A stretch of 64,000 nt of DNA, taken from positions 19,468,001-19,532,000 of the forward strand of contig OZ024762.1 in assembly GCA_964016885.1 (NCBI GenBank), read 5' to 3'. Below are positions 24,790 through 38,844 of this stretch, in pieces. The position numbers were made by a program, and so were the translations under genes. Source of the stretch: Eledone cirrhosa. Taxonomy: Eukaryota. A model generated the notes under the pieces. That model was not told the DNA's origin, did not search any database, and saw only the letters and a program-made list of their open reading frames with translations. Each line of letters starts with the position of its first letter. Positions within the stretch are counted from its first letter, which is position 1.

Positions 24790-27700
24790 GCTGAATTGAG
24801 AATGGTTCAGTGGGTGAGCAGAGAATTATTGTTGACAGAGAGAAGACGTCAGGCAATGAGGATAAGAATAGAGCCAGTGATGAATGTTGTGAAGAGAAAT
24901 GGAGTGAGATGGTTTGGTCATGTGTTGAGGAAGTATGAAAGTGACTGGGTGAGAGAAATAGAGTCAGTGATGAATGTTGTGAAGAGAAATGGAGTGAGAT
25001 GGTTTGGTCATGTGTTGAGGAAGTATGAAAGTGACTGGGTGAGAGAAATAGAGTCAGTGATGAATGTTGTGAAGAGAAATGGAGTGAGATGGTTTGGTCA
25101 TGTGTTGAGGAAGTATAAAAGTGACTGTGTGAGAGAAATAGAGCCAGTGATGAATGTTGTGAAGAGAAATGGAGTGAGATGGTTTGGTCATGTGTTGAGG
25201 AAGTATGAAAGTGACTGGGTGAGAGAAATAGAGTCAGTGATGAATGTTGTGAAGAGAAATGGAGTGAGATGGTTTGGTCATGTGTTGAGGAAGTATGAAA
25301 GTGACTGGGTGAGAGAAATAGAGTCAGTGATGAATGTTGTGAAGAGAAATGGAGTGAGATGGTTTGGTCATGTGTTGAGGAAGTATGAAAGTGACTGGGT
25401 GAGAGAAATAGAGTCAGTGATGAATGTTGTGAAGAGAAATGGAGTGAGATGGTTTGGTCATGTGTTGAGGAAGTATGAAAGTGACTGGGTGAGAGAAATA
25501 GAGTCAGTGATGAATGTTGTGAAGAGAAATGGAGTGAGATGGTTTGGTCATGTGTTGAGGAAGTATGAAAGTGACTGGGTGAGAGAAATAGAGTCAGTGA
25601 TGAATGTTGTGAAGAGAAATAGAGTGAGATGGTTTGGTCATGTGTTGAGGAAGTATGAAAGTGACTGGGTGAGAGAAATAGAGTCAGTGATGAATGTTGT
25701 GAAAAGAAATAGTGAGATGGTTTGGTCATGTGTTGAGGAAGTATGAAAGTGACTGGATGAGAGAAATAGTCAGTGATGAATGTTGTGAAGAGAAATAGAG
25801 TGAGATGGTTTGGTCATGTGTTGAGGAAGTATGAAAGTGACTGGGTGAGAGAAATAGAGTCAGTGATGAATGTTGTGAAGAGAAATGGAGTGAGATGGTT
25901 TGGTCATGTGTTGAGGAAGTATGAAAGTGACTGGGTGAGAGAAATAGAGTCAGTGATGAATGTTGTGAAGAGAAATAGAGTGAGATGGTTTGGTCATGTG
26001 TTGAGGAAGTATGAAAGTGACTGGGTGAGAGAAATAGAGTCAGTGATGAATGTTGTGAAAAGAAATAGAGTGAGATGGTTTGGTCATGTGTTGAGGAAGT
26101 ATGAAAGTGACTGGGTGAGAGAAATAGAGTCAGTGATGAATGTTGTAAAGAGAAATAGAGTGAGATGGTTTGGTCATGTGTTGAGGAAGTATGAAAGTGA
26201 CTGGGTGAGAGAAATAGAGTCAGTGATGAATGTTGTGAAGAGAAATAGAGTGAGATGGTTTGGTCATGTGTTGAGGAAGTATGAAAGTGACTGGGTGAAA
26301 GAAATAGAGTCAGTGATGAATGTTGTGAAGAGAAATGGAGTGAGATGGTTTGGTCATGTGTTGAGGAAGTATGAAAGTGACTGGGTGAGAGAAATAGAGT
26401 CAGTGATGAATGTTGTGAAGAGAAATGGAGTGAGATGGTTTGGTCATGTGTTGAGGAAGTATGAAAGTGACTGGGTGAGAGAAATAGAGCCAGTGATGAA
26501 TGTTGTGAAGAGAAATGGAGTGAGATGGTTTGGTCATGTGTTGAGGAAGTATGAAAGTGACTGGGTGAGAGAAATAGAGTCAGTGATGAATGTTGTGAAG
26601 AGAAATGGAGTGAGATGGTTTGGTCATGTGTTGAGGAAGTATGAAAGTGACTGGGTGAGAGAAATAGAGTCAGTGATGAATGTTGTGAAGAGAAATGGAG
26701 TGAGATGGTTTGGTCATGTGTTGAGGAAGTATGAAAGTGACTGGGTGAGAGAAATAGAGTCAGTGATGAATGTTGTGAAGAGAAATGGAGTGAGATGGTT
26801 TGGTCATGTGTTGAGGAAGTATGAAAGTGACTGGGTGAGAGAAATAGAGTCAGTGATGAATGTTGTGAAGAGAAATGGAGTGAGATGGTTTGGTCATGTG
26901 TTGAGGAAGTATGAAAGTGACTGGGTGAGAGAAATAGAGTCAGTGATGAATGTTGTGAAGAGAAATAGAGTGAGATGGTTTGGTCATGTGTTGAGGAAGT
27001 ATGAAAGTGACTGGGTGAGAGAAATAGAGTCAGTGATGAATGTTGTGAAAAGAAATAGTGAGATGGTTTGGTCATGTGTTGAGGAAGTATGAAAGTGACT
27101 GGATGAGAGAAATAGTCAGTGATGAATGTTGTGAAGAGAAATAGAGTGAGATGGTTTGGTCATGTGTTGAGGAAGTATGAAAGTGACTGGGTGAGAGAAA
27201 TAGAGTCAGTGATGAATGTTGTGAAGAGAAATGGAGTGAGATGGTTTGGTCATGTGTTGAGGAAGTATGAAAGTGACTGGGTGAGAGAAATAGAGTCAGT
27301 GATGAATGTTGTGAAGAGAAATAGAGTGAGATGGTTTGGTCATGTGTTGAGGAAGTATGAAAGTGACTGGGTGAGAGAAATAGAGTCAGTGATGAATGTT
27401 GTGAAAAGAAATAGAGTGAGATGGTTTGGTCATGTGTTGAGGAAGTATGAAAGTGACTGGGTGAGAGAAATAGAGTCAGTGATGAATGTTGTAAAGAGAA
27501 ATAGAGTGAGATGGTTTGGTCATGTGTTGAGGAAGTATGAAAGTGACTGGGTGAGAGAAATAGAGTCAGTGATGAATGTTGTGAAGAGAAATAGAGTGAG
27601 ATGGTTTGGTCATGTGTTGAGGAAGTATGAAAGTGACTGGGTGAGAGAAATAGAGTCAGTGATGAATGTTGTAAAGAGAAATGGAGTGAGATGGTTTGGT

Positions 27701-28270
27701 CATGTGTTGAGGAAGTATGAAAGTGACTGGGTGAGAGAAATAGAGTCAGTGATGAATGTTGTAAAGAGAAATAGAGTGAGATGGTTTGGTCATGTGTTGA
27801 GGAAGTATGAAAGTGACTGGGTGAGAGAAATAGAGTCAGTGATGAATGTTGTGAAGAGAAATAGAGTGAGATGGTTTGGTCATGTGTTGAGGAAGTATGA
27901 AAGTGACTGGGTGAGAGAAATAGAGTCAGTGATGAATGTTGTGAAAAGAAATAGTGAGATGGTTTGGTCATGTGTTGAGGAAGTATGAAAGTGACTGGGT
28001 GAGAGAAATAGAGTCAGTGATGAATGTTGTGAAGAGAGATAGAGTGAGATGGTTTGGTCATGTGTTGAGGAAGTATGAAAGTGACTGGGTGAGAGAAATA
28101 GAGTCAGTGATGAATGTTGTGAAGAGAGATAGAGTGAGATGGTTTGGTCATGTGTTGAGGAAGTATGAAAGTGACTGGGTGAGAGAAATAGAGTCAGTGA
28201 TGAATGTTGTGAAGAGAAATAGAGTGAGATGGTTTGGTCATGTGTTGAGGAAGTATGAAAGTGACTGGTT
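24790..28270 (+). repeat. RTE-derived 90-bp tandem array (~38 copies) with a short unique RTE lead-in
   Basis: Unit translates IESVMNVVKRNGVRWFGHVLRKYESDWVRE, homologous to the RTE C-terminal RRLRWYGHVMRM motif seen near 39350 and 49010. Confidence 0.92.
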
Positions 28271-28708
28271 GTGAAGCCTTTATTTCGATCCTTACGAATA
28301 GTATCATTGTCTGGTTCATACGATTTTAATTTGGCAAGTGAAGCATAGTTTTAACCAATATTTCATTACATGGTTGTTTTGTCTTAGGTGTGTGTGTATG
28401 TGGGGGGACACACACACACACACACACAACAACAACAACAACAACAACAACAATAACAATAATAACAAGAATAATAATAATGATGATGATGATGATGATG
28501 ATTTCTTTATTCATCACAAGGGTTAACATCAAGAAAAACATTATGACACAACAGGATGAAAACATTGAGTGTGTATATGTATGTATGTGTATATGTGTGT
28601 GTGTGTGTTGCTGTGTGTGTGTGTGTGTGTGTCTGTGTGTGTGTTGGAGTGTAAATAATAATTTTCAACTTGAATTTTGAAATTTATCATTTCAACCGCC
28701 CTTCCCCT

Positions 28709-28743
<35 letters not shown>

Positions 28744-28929
28744 GTGAATATGAAAATCACAAACCACAAAATAAAGGTTAAAATTTACATGAAAACCATG
28801 TTCCATTCAGTATGAATTGGAAATTTTAATTACCACTGCCACCACCATGTCTTGGGAACAATAATTGATGGAAGTCTTAGAAGGAGATTTTGTTTTGTTT
28901 TGCCTGGAAGCATAGAATAAGACTTTAGT

Positions 28930-29745
<816 letters not shown>

Positions 29746-30429
29746 TATAATGTAAATTCCATTAGTGGAATTATAGTACAGCTCACATACACTCTAAGTA
29801 CATAATCTTGTGAACCAGATTGTCTTTTATACTTACTCTCCGATTCCATGTAGTTGTAAGTGTCATGCTATTCAAGAAAGCCACATTACTTAATCAACGT
29901 AAATAAAATGGAAATTATTTTTATTTCGTTTGCTTTTTGTTTAAAACTTTCAGGGTTTCCTATATGTGAGATTATTGTAATTATTTTTAAAAAATGTTGA
30001 TTTTTTTTTTCTGTTCTTTGTATGTATATGTTAATGTATGTTAATGTATGAATGTGTGTGTGTATGTGTATGTGTGTGTGTGTATGTGTATGTGTGTATG
30101 TGTAAGATGTGAACCTCAAAGGTCAGTTTAGTTTACTTGCTAGTAGAGTTCTAGTTCTGTAGTAACACTTAAATTAAAATTTCACACTTCCTAATGTTTT
30201 AAAAACCTACTAAAATATCACAGCTAGAATTACAATGTATGATCATAATAAAAAAGTGTGATGTACAAACTTTATGCCCTTCACCTGACATTCGTAGTTT
30301 AAACCCATTTATTAATTAATTTTTTTTAAAATGCCTGCCCAAATTAAGGAACATCTTATAAGCTCATCCATCTTATAAACTGTCAAATATGGTATTTCTT
30401 TTCTACCTAAGTAAAAATATAATGTTTTG

Positions 30430-30810
30430 TTCTCAAACACCGATGACAGCCGATCGACTTTCGTCAAATCGGACCAAGGAAACAATGTTTCCGTTGGTCT
30501 TTCCAATTGCTAATAATATCTATCGGTCGCAAATCTAGGTAGAAGGAGCAACACGAAATGAAGTGTCTTGCTGAAGGACATAACACATCGCCCCGTCCAG
30601 CAATCGAACTCACAACCTCATGGTTGCGAATCCAATTCTCTAACCACTCAGCTACACAGCTTCTCAAATATATAATTTCATAACCAAATGGTTTTGAGTT
30701 CCATCTCACAGCATGGCACCATGTACAGGGCATAATTATAACTTTGGGCCAACCAATGTTTTGGGAAGGAATTTGGTAGATGGAAACTGTGAGGAAGCCT
30801 GTCGTATGTA
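30430..30810. mobile_element. Two diverged tRNA-SINEs in opposite orientation
   Basis: 30430-30665 minus (gaaatgaagtgtcttgctgaaggaca..atcgaactcacaacc..ctctaaccac); 30680-30810 plus, related to the reverse of 58010-58172. Confidence 0.6.
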
Positions 30811-31434
30811 CATATACATAGATCATCATCATCATCATCATCATCATATCGTCCACATTTGCAAGCCAACATGACAAAAACGGACATAAAAATGATGACT
30901 ATGATGATGTTACATGCACACACACACATACACAATCACACACATACACAATACATAAGTATATACACACAAACATATGCACATGCGCATACACAGTATC
31001 TTCTAGATATTTTTTAATTATTCTTTTCCACATACTAAGAAATAGAAATGTTTTATTCACAAAAATATAGCTTTGGTTTTTTTCTTTTTGTATTTTATTT
31101 TGTATGTGTGTGTGTAATTTTGTTTTTAATAATTATAATTTCATAAATCTGAACATTTTTCCTTTTTCCTAAGGCAATATGTCCCCCACACCACCCTCAC
31201 TCAGCCTCCACCACCACACCACACCACACCATACCACACCCGCCTCCAATTGCTATACAATATATATATCATTAGAATATTTTCTGTTGGCACTAAAGGA
31301 ACGGCTCCCACAATTCATTGAAATACTTCAAACCACTCCAACAAACTTCTATTGGCAGAAAGAAACGATTTAAAATGTGTTGCATAGAAAATAGATTAAA
31401 ATATTTTAATAAATAAATGAATGAATTATCATCA

Positions 31435-31870
31435 TCATCATCATCGTTGTTTTCACAGTTTAACATCTATTTTTCGAAGCTAGCATGGGTTAGATGAATT
31501 GTCCTCTTGTGAGACAAGCCAGATCAGATTAGTTTCTTGTTCATACGGGACTGTTTCTGGCTTGGTTTCTATGGCTAGATACCCTTCCTAATGACAACCA
31601 TATTTACAGAGCGGACTGGGTGTTTTCTGTCATCATATCTACATGACCACCTTACAGAGTGGACTGGGTGCTTTCTGTCATGAGACCTACATGACCACCT
31701 TACAGAGTGGACTGGGTGTTTTCTATCATGACACCTACATGACTACCTTACAGAGTGGACTGGGTGCTTTCTGTAATCACATCTACATGACCACCTTACA
31801 GAGTGGACTGGGTGCTTTCTGTAATCACATCTACATGATCACCTTACAGAGTGGACTGGGTGTTTTCTAC
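31435..31870 (-). repeat. RTE-type 3'UTR element with a 45-bp unit amplified ~6x
   Basis: ttacagagtggactgggtgctttctgtaatcacatctacatgaccacc repeated at ~31600-31870. Confidence 0.8.
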
Positions 31871-31900
31871 TGAAAAAATCTTTTTCCTTTCTACTATTTG

Positions 31901-31954
<54 letters not shown>

Positions 31955-32476
31955 GTGTGTGTGTGGTTGTTTGTGTGTGTGTATGTATGTATCCATGTCT
32001 ATGTTTACCTCTGCATCTGTGTTTAGTCCTGTACCACATTGAACCTCATTAAAAGTACCAAACAGCTCTATAACTGTAACACAGCACGTTTTTACAATGA
32101 TTTCTCCTCTATAAAATTTGAATTAACAATTTCATTTTTAGATATTTTCTGCTAAATCATTACAAAATGTTGAGAGTAAATTCAAAAATAATAATTTTTT
32201 TTTTTTTTTCTGTAATAATTAAAGTGGTTAATCAAACGAATTAATTAATACAGTAAATTGATGTTGCATTTTGAAAGACATTGATAGAAGATGACAACAG
32301 AAATCAGTTCGTTTGAAAAGTAGTAAATTGAAGAAAACCCAAAGAAGCAAGCATCTGTCTTGTCATATAGAGATTTTAAGCTATCAACTCACCCATTTAA
32401 ATGAATAACAGAGAAGAGACTGCCTTTGAAGTATTCCACTGTGACCAGGTTTTTTTCTCCCCCTCACACAAACACA

Positions 32477-32520
<44 letters not shown>

Positions 32521-32659
32521 TGCGCACGCACACTCACTTACACAACTACATGTACACAAACATACACATGTACTAACCTAAATTTTATAGACTTTATTTG
32601 TCAGAGATAAAAATCTCAATTTCTTGAGCAGTTTATCTTTCTGCATCAGTTGGTTCTTT

Positions 32660-34475
32660 TGCACCACCACCACCACACTTAACTACCACCTCCATCACCA
32701 CCACACTTAACTACCACCACCACCACTACACTTAACTACCACCACCACCACCACCACACTTCACTACCACCAACAACATGCAGGACCGCACTTCACTACC
32801 ACCTCCACTACCACCCTTAACTACCACCACCACCGCCACCCTTCACTACCACCACCCTTCACTACCACCACCACCACCACAGTTAACTACCACCTCCACC
32901 ACCACCACAACACTTCACTACCACCACCAACACCATCACACTTCACTACCACCACCACACTTAACTACCACCACCACACTTAACTACCACCACCACACTT
33001 AACTACCACCACCACACTTAACTACCACCACCACACTTCACTACCACCTCCACCACCACCAACACCACTACACTTCACTACCACCACCACCACACTTAAC
33101 TACCATCACCACCACACTTAACTACCATCACCACCACGCTTCACTACCACCACCACCACAGTCCGCTACTACTACCACTACAATTGACTCCACTACCATC
33201 AATTAGTTCTTTTGCACCAACACCACTACCATCGCTGCCACCAACACTACTATTACAACCACCTCCACCACAACACTCTGCTACTACTACCAACACCACC
33301 AGCACACACCACGACCACCAACACCACCAGCACACACCACTACCACCACCATCACCACCAGCACACACCACTACCACCACCACCAGCACACACCACTACC
33401 ACCACCATCACCACCAGCACACACCACTACCACCACCACCAGCACACACCACGACCACCAACACCACCAGCACACACCACTACCACCACCACCACCACCA
33501 CCACCAGCACACACCACTACCACCACCACCAGCACACACCACTACCACCACCACCACCAGCACACACCACTACCACCACCATCACCAGCACACACCACTA
33601 CAACCACCACCACCACTAACACCAGCCCCACTAACCATCATTGCCAACACCACCACCACCACCACCACCACCAGCACACTCCACCACCAGTACCAGTACC
33701 ACTATCATCAACACCACCGCCATCTTCTGCAAGCCCTACAACTTTCTAAACCTTCCACCGCCACCACCACCACCACCACCACCACCTCCACCATCACCCT
33801 CCACTACCATCACCATCACCACCCTCCACTACTACTACCACCACCACCTCCACCACCACCCTCCACTACTACCACCACCACCTCCACCACCACCCTCCAC
33901 TACTACCACCACCACCTCCACCACCACCCTCCACTACTACCACCATCACCCTCCACTACCATCACCATCACCACCCTCCACTACTACTACCACCACCACC
34001 TCCACCACCACCCTCCACTACTACCACCACCACCTCCACCACCACCCTCCACTACTACCACCATCACCCTCCACTACCATCACCATCACCACCCTCCACT
34101 ACTACTACCACCACCACCTCCACCACCACCCTCCACTACCATCACCATCACCACCCTCCACTACTACTACCACCACCACCTCCACCACCACCCTCCACTA
34201 CTACCACCACCACCGCCACCACCACCACCACCACCCTCCACTACTACTACCACCACCACCTCCACCACCACCCTCCACTACTACCACCATCACCCTCCAC
34301 TACCATCACCATCACCACCCTCCACTACTACTACCACCACCACCTCCACCACCACCCTCCACTACTACCACCATCACCGCCACCACCACCCTCCACTACT
34401 ACCACCATCACCGCCACCACCACCACCACCACCCTCCACTACTACTACCACCACCACCACCCTCCATTACTATCC
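32660..34475. repeat. (CAC)/(CTA)-based compound trinucleotide minisatellite
   Basis: Direct composition. Confidence 0.9.
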
Positions 34476-35332
34476 CCCCCCCCCTTTATGCCACCATGCT
34501 CCAGGGCATGAGAGAGAGAGAGAGAGAAAAAATGAAAAAAAACAAATGTTAGATAGAGAAAATACTGATAGAAGTTCTATTATATTATATAAGTTTATTA
34601 TTTAGAATGTTTAAAAATTAAATCATACACACATACACATGCATATACAAACACACATGCACACATACACATACAAACACACATGCACACACACACACAT
34701 ACATACACATACAAACTCACATGCACACGTAGACATGCAAACACACATGCACACGTAGACATGCAAACACACATGCACACGTAGACATGCAAACACACAT
34801 GCACGCATACACATACATGCATACACACACACACGTACACATGCAAACACGCATGTACACATACACACACACATACACACACACACATACATGCACAGAC
34901 ATTCACAAACGCACAGCCAGACCCACACACATGCATACACACACACACACATGCATACACGCACACTCACATATACATACACACAACACATATGCATACA
35001 CGCACACTCACATATACATACACACAACACACAGACATACACACACACACACTCACATACACACATACACATTCACACACACACAGACATAAACACACAG
35101 ACACACACACACACACTCACAGCATTATTTAATTCAGTGTGAAACAAGAGACAAACTAATATATGTTTAACATGATATTAAAAACATCTTATTTGTTAAG
35201 AGGAGAGAAACTAGGAATGATGTTAAAGACAGACAGTTCTCATATATCAAACAAATATATGTTTTGTATTTTATAGGAACCATCATCACTTCATATATCT
35301 TATAGCCCAGCTGTACTTGCTAGTATTTTGTG

Positions 35333-35363
<31 letters not shown>

Positions 35364-35369
<6 letters not shown>

Positions 35370-35704
35370 TGGCTTAGTGGTTAGAGCATTGGCCTTGCAA
35401 TCGAAAGGTTGTGAGTCCAATTCTCAGACCGGGTGATGTGCTGTTTCCTTGAGCAAGACACTTTATTTCACATTGCTCCAGTTTACTCAGCTGTAGAAAT
35501 GAGATGATAGGGACTGGGGTTCCATATCATTCCACTGCAAAGTGGTCGTGGAGGTGCCACGGAAAAAAAGCACCCAGCACTCACTGTAAATGAGGTTGGT
35601 GTTAGGAAGGGCATCCAGCTGTAGAAATCAAGCCAGAATCAGTTCCTGTCCCACCCTTGCAAGCAGGGAAAAAGCGGACGTAAAATGAAATGAATGATGA
35701 TGAT
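35364..35704 (+). mobile_element. SINE family A copy
   Basis: Head tggcttagtggttagagc; tail cccacccttgcaagcagggaaaaagcggacgtaaaatg. Confidence 0.88.
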
Positions 35705-35709
35705 ATATG

Positions 35710-35753
<44 letters not shown>

Positions 35754-35914
35754 TAGAAGGGATATTTGATTCATTGGAAATTCAACAAATATAAATGTTT
35801 ATAACTGATTCTGGACTCAGAATGGCAAGGGCCGTAACTCAATGCGTCAAAGCATGGCGTCCGACCCTCTACCAATACTGCCAATCCACCGCCCTCTAAC
35901 AATAATAATAATAA

Positions 35915-36200
35915 TACTCTCCAAGACACAAGTCTAGGCAAGGTTGTTTGTGGAAGACCTGGAGTCACCCATGCATACCAGTCTTCTCTCTCCATACCAT
36001 CAGTGTTGTCCAACGGAAAGGTAGAGGCTAATGCAACTTGGCACAGGAGATAACGCAACTCTTTTCTACAGCTGAGTGAACTGGAACAACTTCAAATAAG
36101 GTGTCTTGCTCAAGGACGCAATGCATCACCTGGTCTGAGAATCGAGCTCACAACGTCCCGATTACAAGCCCAATGCGCAAACTAGTAAGCCATGCCCCTT
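35915..36200 (-). mobile_element. SINE with family A head but a different body (family C)
   Basis: Homologous to 61070-61400. Confidence 0.75.
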
Positions 36201-36706
36201 CATCACACATACACATATATATATATCATCATCATCATCGTCTTTCTTCCACACTAGCATGGGTTAGAGGGGAATAGTCCCACTGAGGCAAGATTGATTT
36301 GGTGACCGTGTCTCACTCATATAGAACTGTATATATATATGTATCATCATCATCATCATCGTTTAACGTCCATCTTCCACGCTTGCATGGGTTTAGGCAG
36401 GAGTTTTCCCACTTGAGGCAAGAGTGGTTGTCCTGCTCGTATAGGACTGTCTGGCGGGTTTTCTACGGCTGGATGCCCTTCCCAACACCAACCACGTTTA
36501 CAGTGTGGACTGGGAGGTTTTTACCGTGTTACCTACACGGCCACATTACAGCGTGGACTGTGTGTTTTTTTTGTCGTGACACCTACACGACCTCATTTGT
36601 TTCGGACTGGATGTTGTGGTACCAACATAACTTCACATTTAAGGGGGTGGTGTGGATGGGGTGGGGTGTGTGTTTTGTTAGAGGTGCCTACTGACTGTAG
36701 GTTTCG

Positions 36707-36749
<43 letters not shown>

Positions 36750-36756
<7 letters not shown>

Positions 36757-36878
36757 AAAGGCAAACAGAAATGACCAAGCGAACAACACAATACAATGAA
36801 CAAATATATTGTTAGTTTTACACTTGATATAGTAGAAATGAATCTTAATGTTTCGGACTCTAGTCCTTCATTACAAAA
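36750..36878 (-). mobile_element. Degenerate HH-A element
   Basis: Minus strand gtaatga-a-GGAC-taga-GTCC-GAAAC-attaaga plus tail matching 9500-9592, ending in (TA)n. Confidence 0.6.
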
Positions 36879-37560
36879 TAAAATGAGAAATTAAAGAAGA
36901 AATAAAAGGTTGAGGAGACGGGCAATGGCTGAAACGAAATTTGTTTTTCATTTTTTAGAAAATGACATGTCTTTTTCTCTCACTTTAAAAAAAAAAAAAA
37001 TTTGTGTGTATATATATATATATATTATTTTTTTCTTTCATCATTTTACGTCCGCTTTTCCATGCTTACAGAGAGACAAGGACAACCATAAAATGATTTT
37101 GTTTCAATCTGCTATATATATATATATATGTGTGTGTGTATGTATATATATATATGTATGTAATATGCTAACATATATACACCAAGTTGTCTCCAACACA
37201 GTCACAGTTAGTTTTTGAAATAATAATGATAATAATAATAATAATAATAATAAAATAAATAAATAAATAGAATTTAACATCAAAAGGACAAAAATATATA
37301 TATATATATCAGTTTGTTGGAAATTTGTATACATACATACATATATATTTATTACATATATATATATTTATTACATATATATATAGTTATTACATATATA
37401 TAGTTATTACATATATATATATTTATTACATATATATAGTTATTACATATATATATATTTATTACATATATATAGTTATTACATATATATGCATACCCGT
37501 ACATACATGTACACACTACCATACATACATATACACACACACAAACACACATATATACAC

Positions 37561-37599
<39 letters not shown>

Positions 37600-37644
37600 T
37601 TTATTTCTACTTATTGATACCATATTATTTATTGATATATATGC

Positions 37645-37677
<33 letters not shown>

Positions 37678-37752
37678 CACACACGCACATATATATATAC
37701 AGATATGCATATGTGTCCATTATATATATATACCCACACATACATATATTCA

Positions 37753-37786
<34 letters not shown>

Positions 37787-37837
37787 TATATATTCGTACA
37801 CACACATATGTATAGAAGTATATAAATACATAGAAAC

Positions 37838-37885
<48 letters not shown>

Positions 37886-38069
37886 TATTTATATATATAT
37901 TTGTTTATATATTTATATATAGGTTTATTTATATATATATTTATATATATATATATATATATATATACATGCACACACACAAACACTCCCACATATATAT
38001 ACATATATATTTTTGCATATATATATATATGTATACACACATATATATATACACACACACACCTATATA

Positions 38070-38132
<63 letters not shown>

Positions 38133-38507
38133 GTATATATATATGTATACACACATATATACACGCACACACACACCTATATATATATATATATATATAT
38201 ACCTATATATATATATACACGCACACACACACCTATATATATATATATATACCTATATATATATATGTATATATATATATTCCAGGAAATCAGTTTTGTT
38301 GCTCTATCCTGTTTGTCTTTCAAATTTTATAGTCCAATATATAAAAAGTTCAGCAGGCAATATCCTTTTAAAGAATTGTTTTAGAAATGTCTAATATTGT
38401 CTACTTTCTAACTGCTTCTTTTTTTTTTTATTTCATCCTTTTTCTTTTTCTTTTTCTTTTTCTTTTTTAAACATTATATCACATCATTGTTGTTATTAGT
38501 TTTATTG

Positions 38508-38541
<34 letters not shown>

Positions 38542-38844
38542 TTGTATTATTGTTATAACATCACCATCACCATCACCATCACCATCATTGGTATTATGGT
38601 TATCATCATCATCATCATCATCATCACCATTCTCATCACCATCATCGTGATCATAATCACCATCATCATCATAATCACCATCATCATCATCATCATAATC
38701 ACCATCATCATCATCATCATCACCACCATCATCATCACCATCATCATCAGCAGCAGCATTATCACCATCATCACCATCATCATCATCATCATCATATTAT
38801 CCTTACCATCACCATTGCTATTATTCATCATCATCATCATCACC

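Noticed and set aside
24796-28274. Tandem-repeat protein gene or CRISPR-like array
   Set aside because: No unique spacers; the unit is RTE-derived and frameshifted by 2-bp deletions; open frames follow from the 90-bp period.
33184-34605. His/Pro/Thr-rich extensin- or mucin-like ORF (also 18557-19199, 52780-53703, 63023-63477)
   Set aside because: Trinucleotide microsatellite open in several frames, with no unique domain or splice support.
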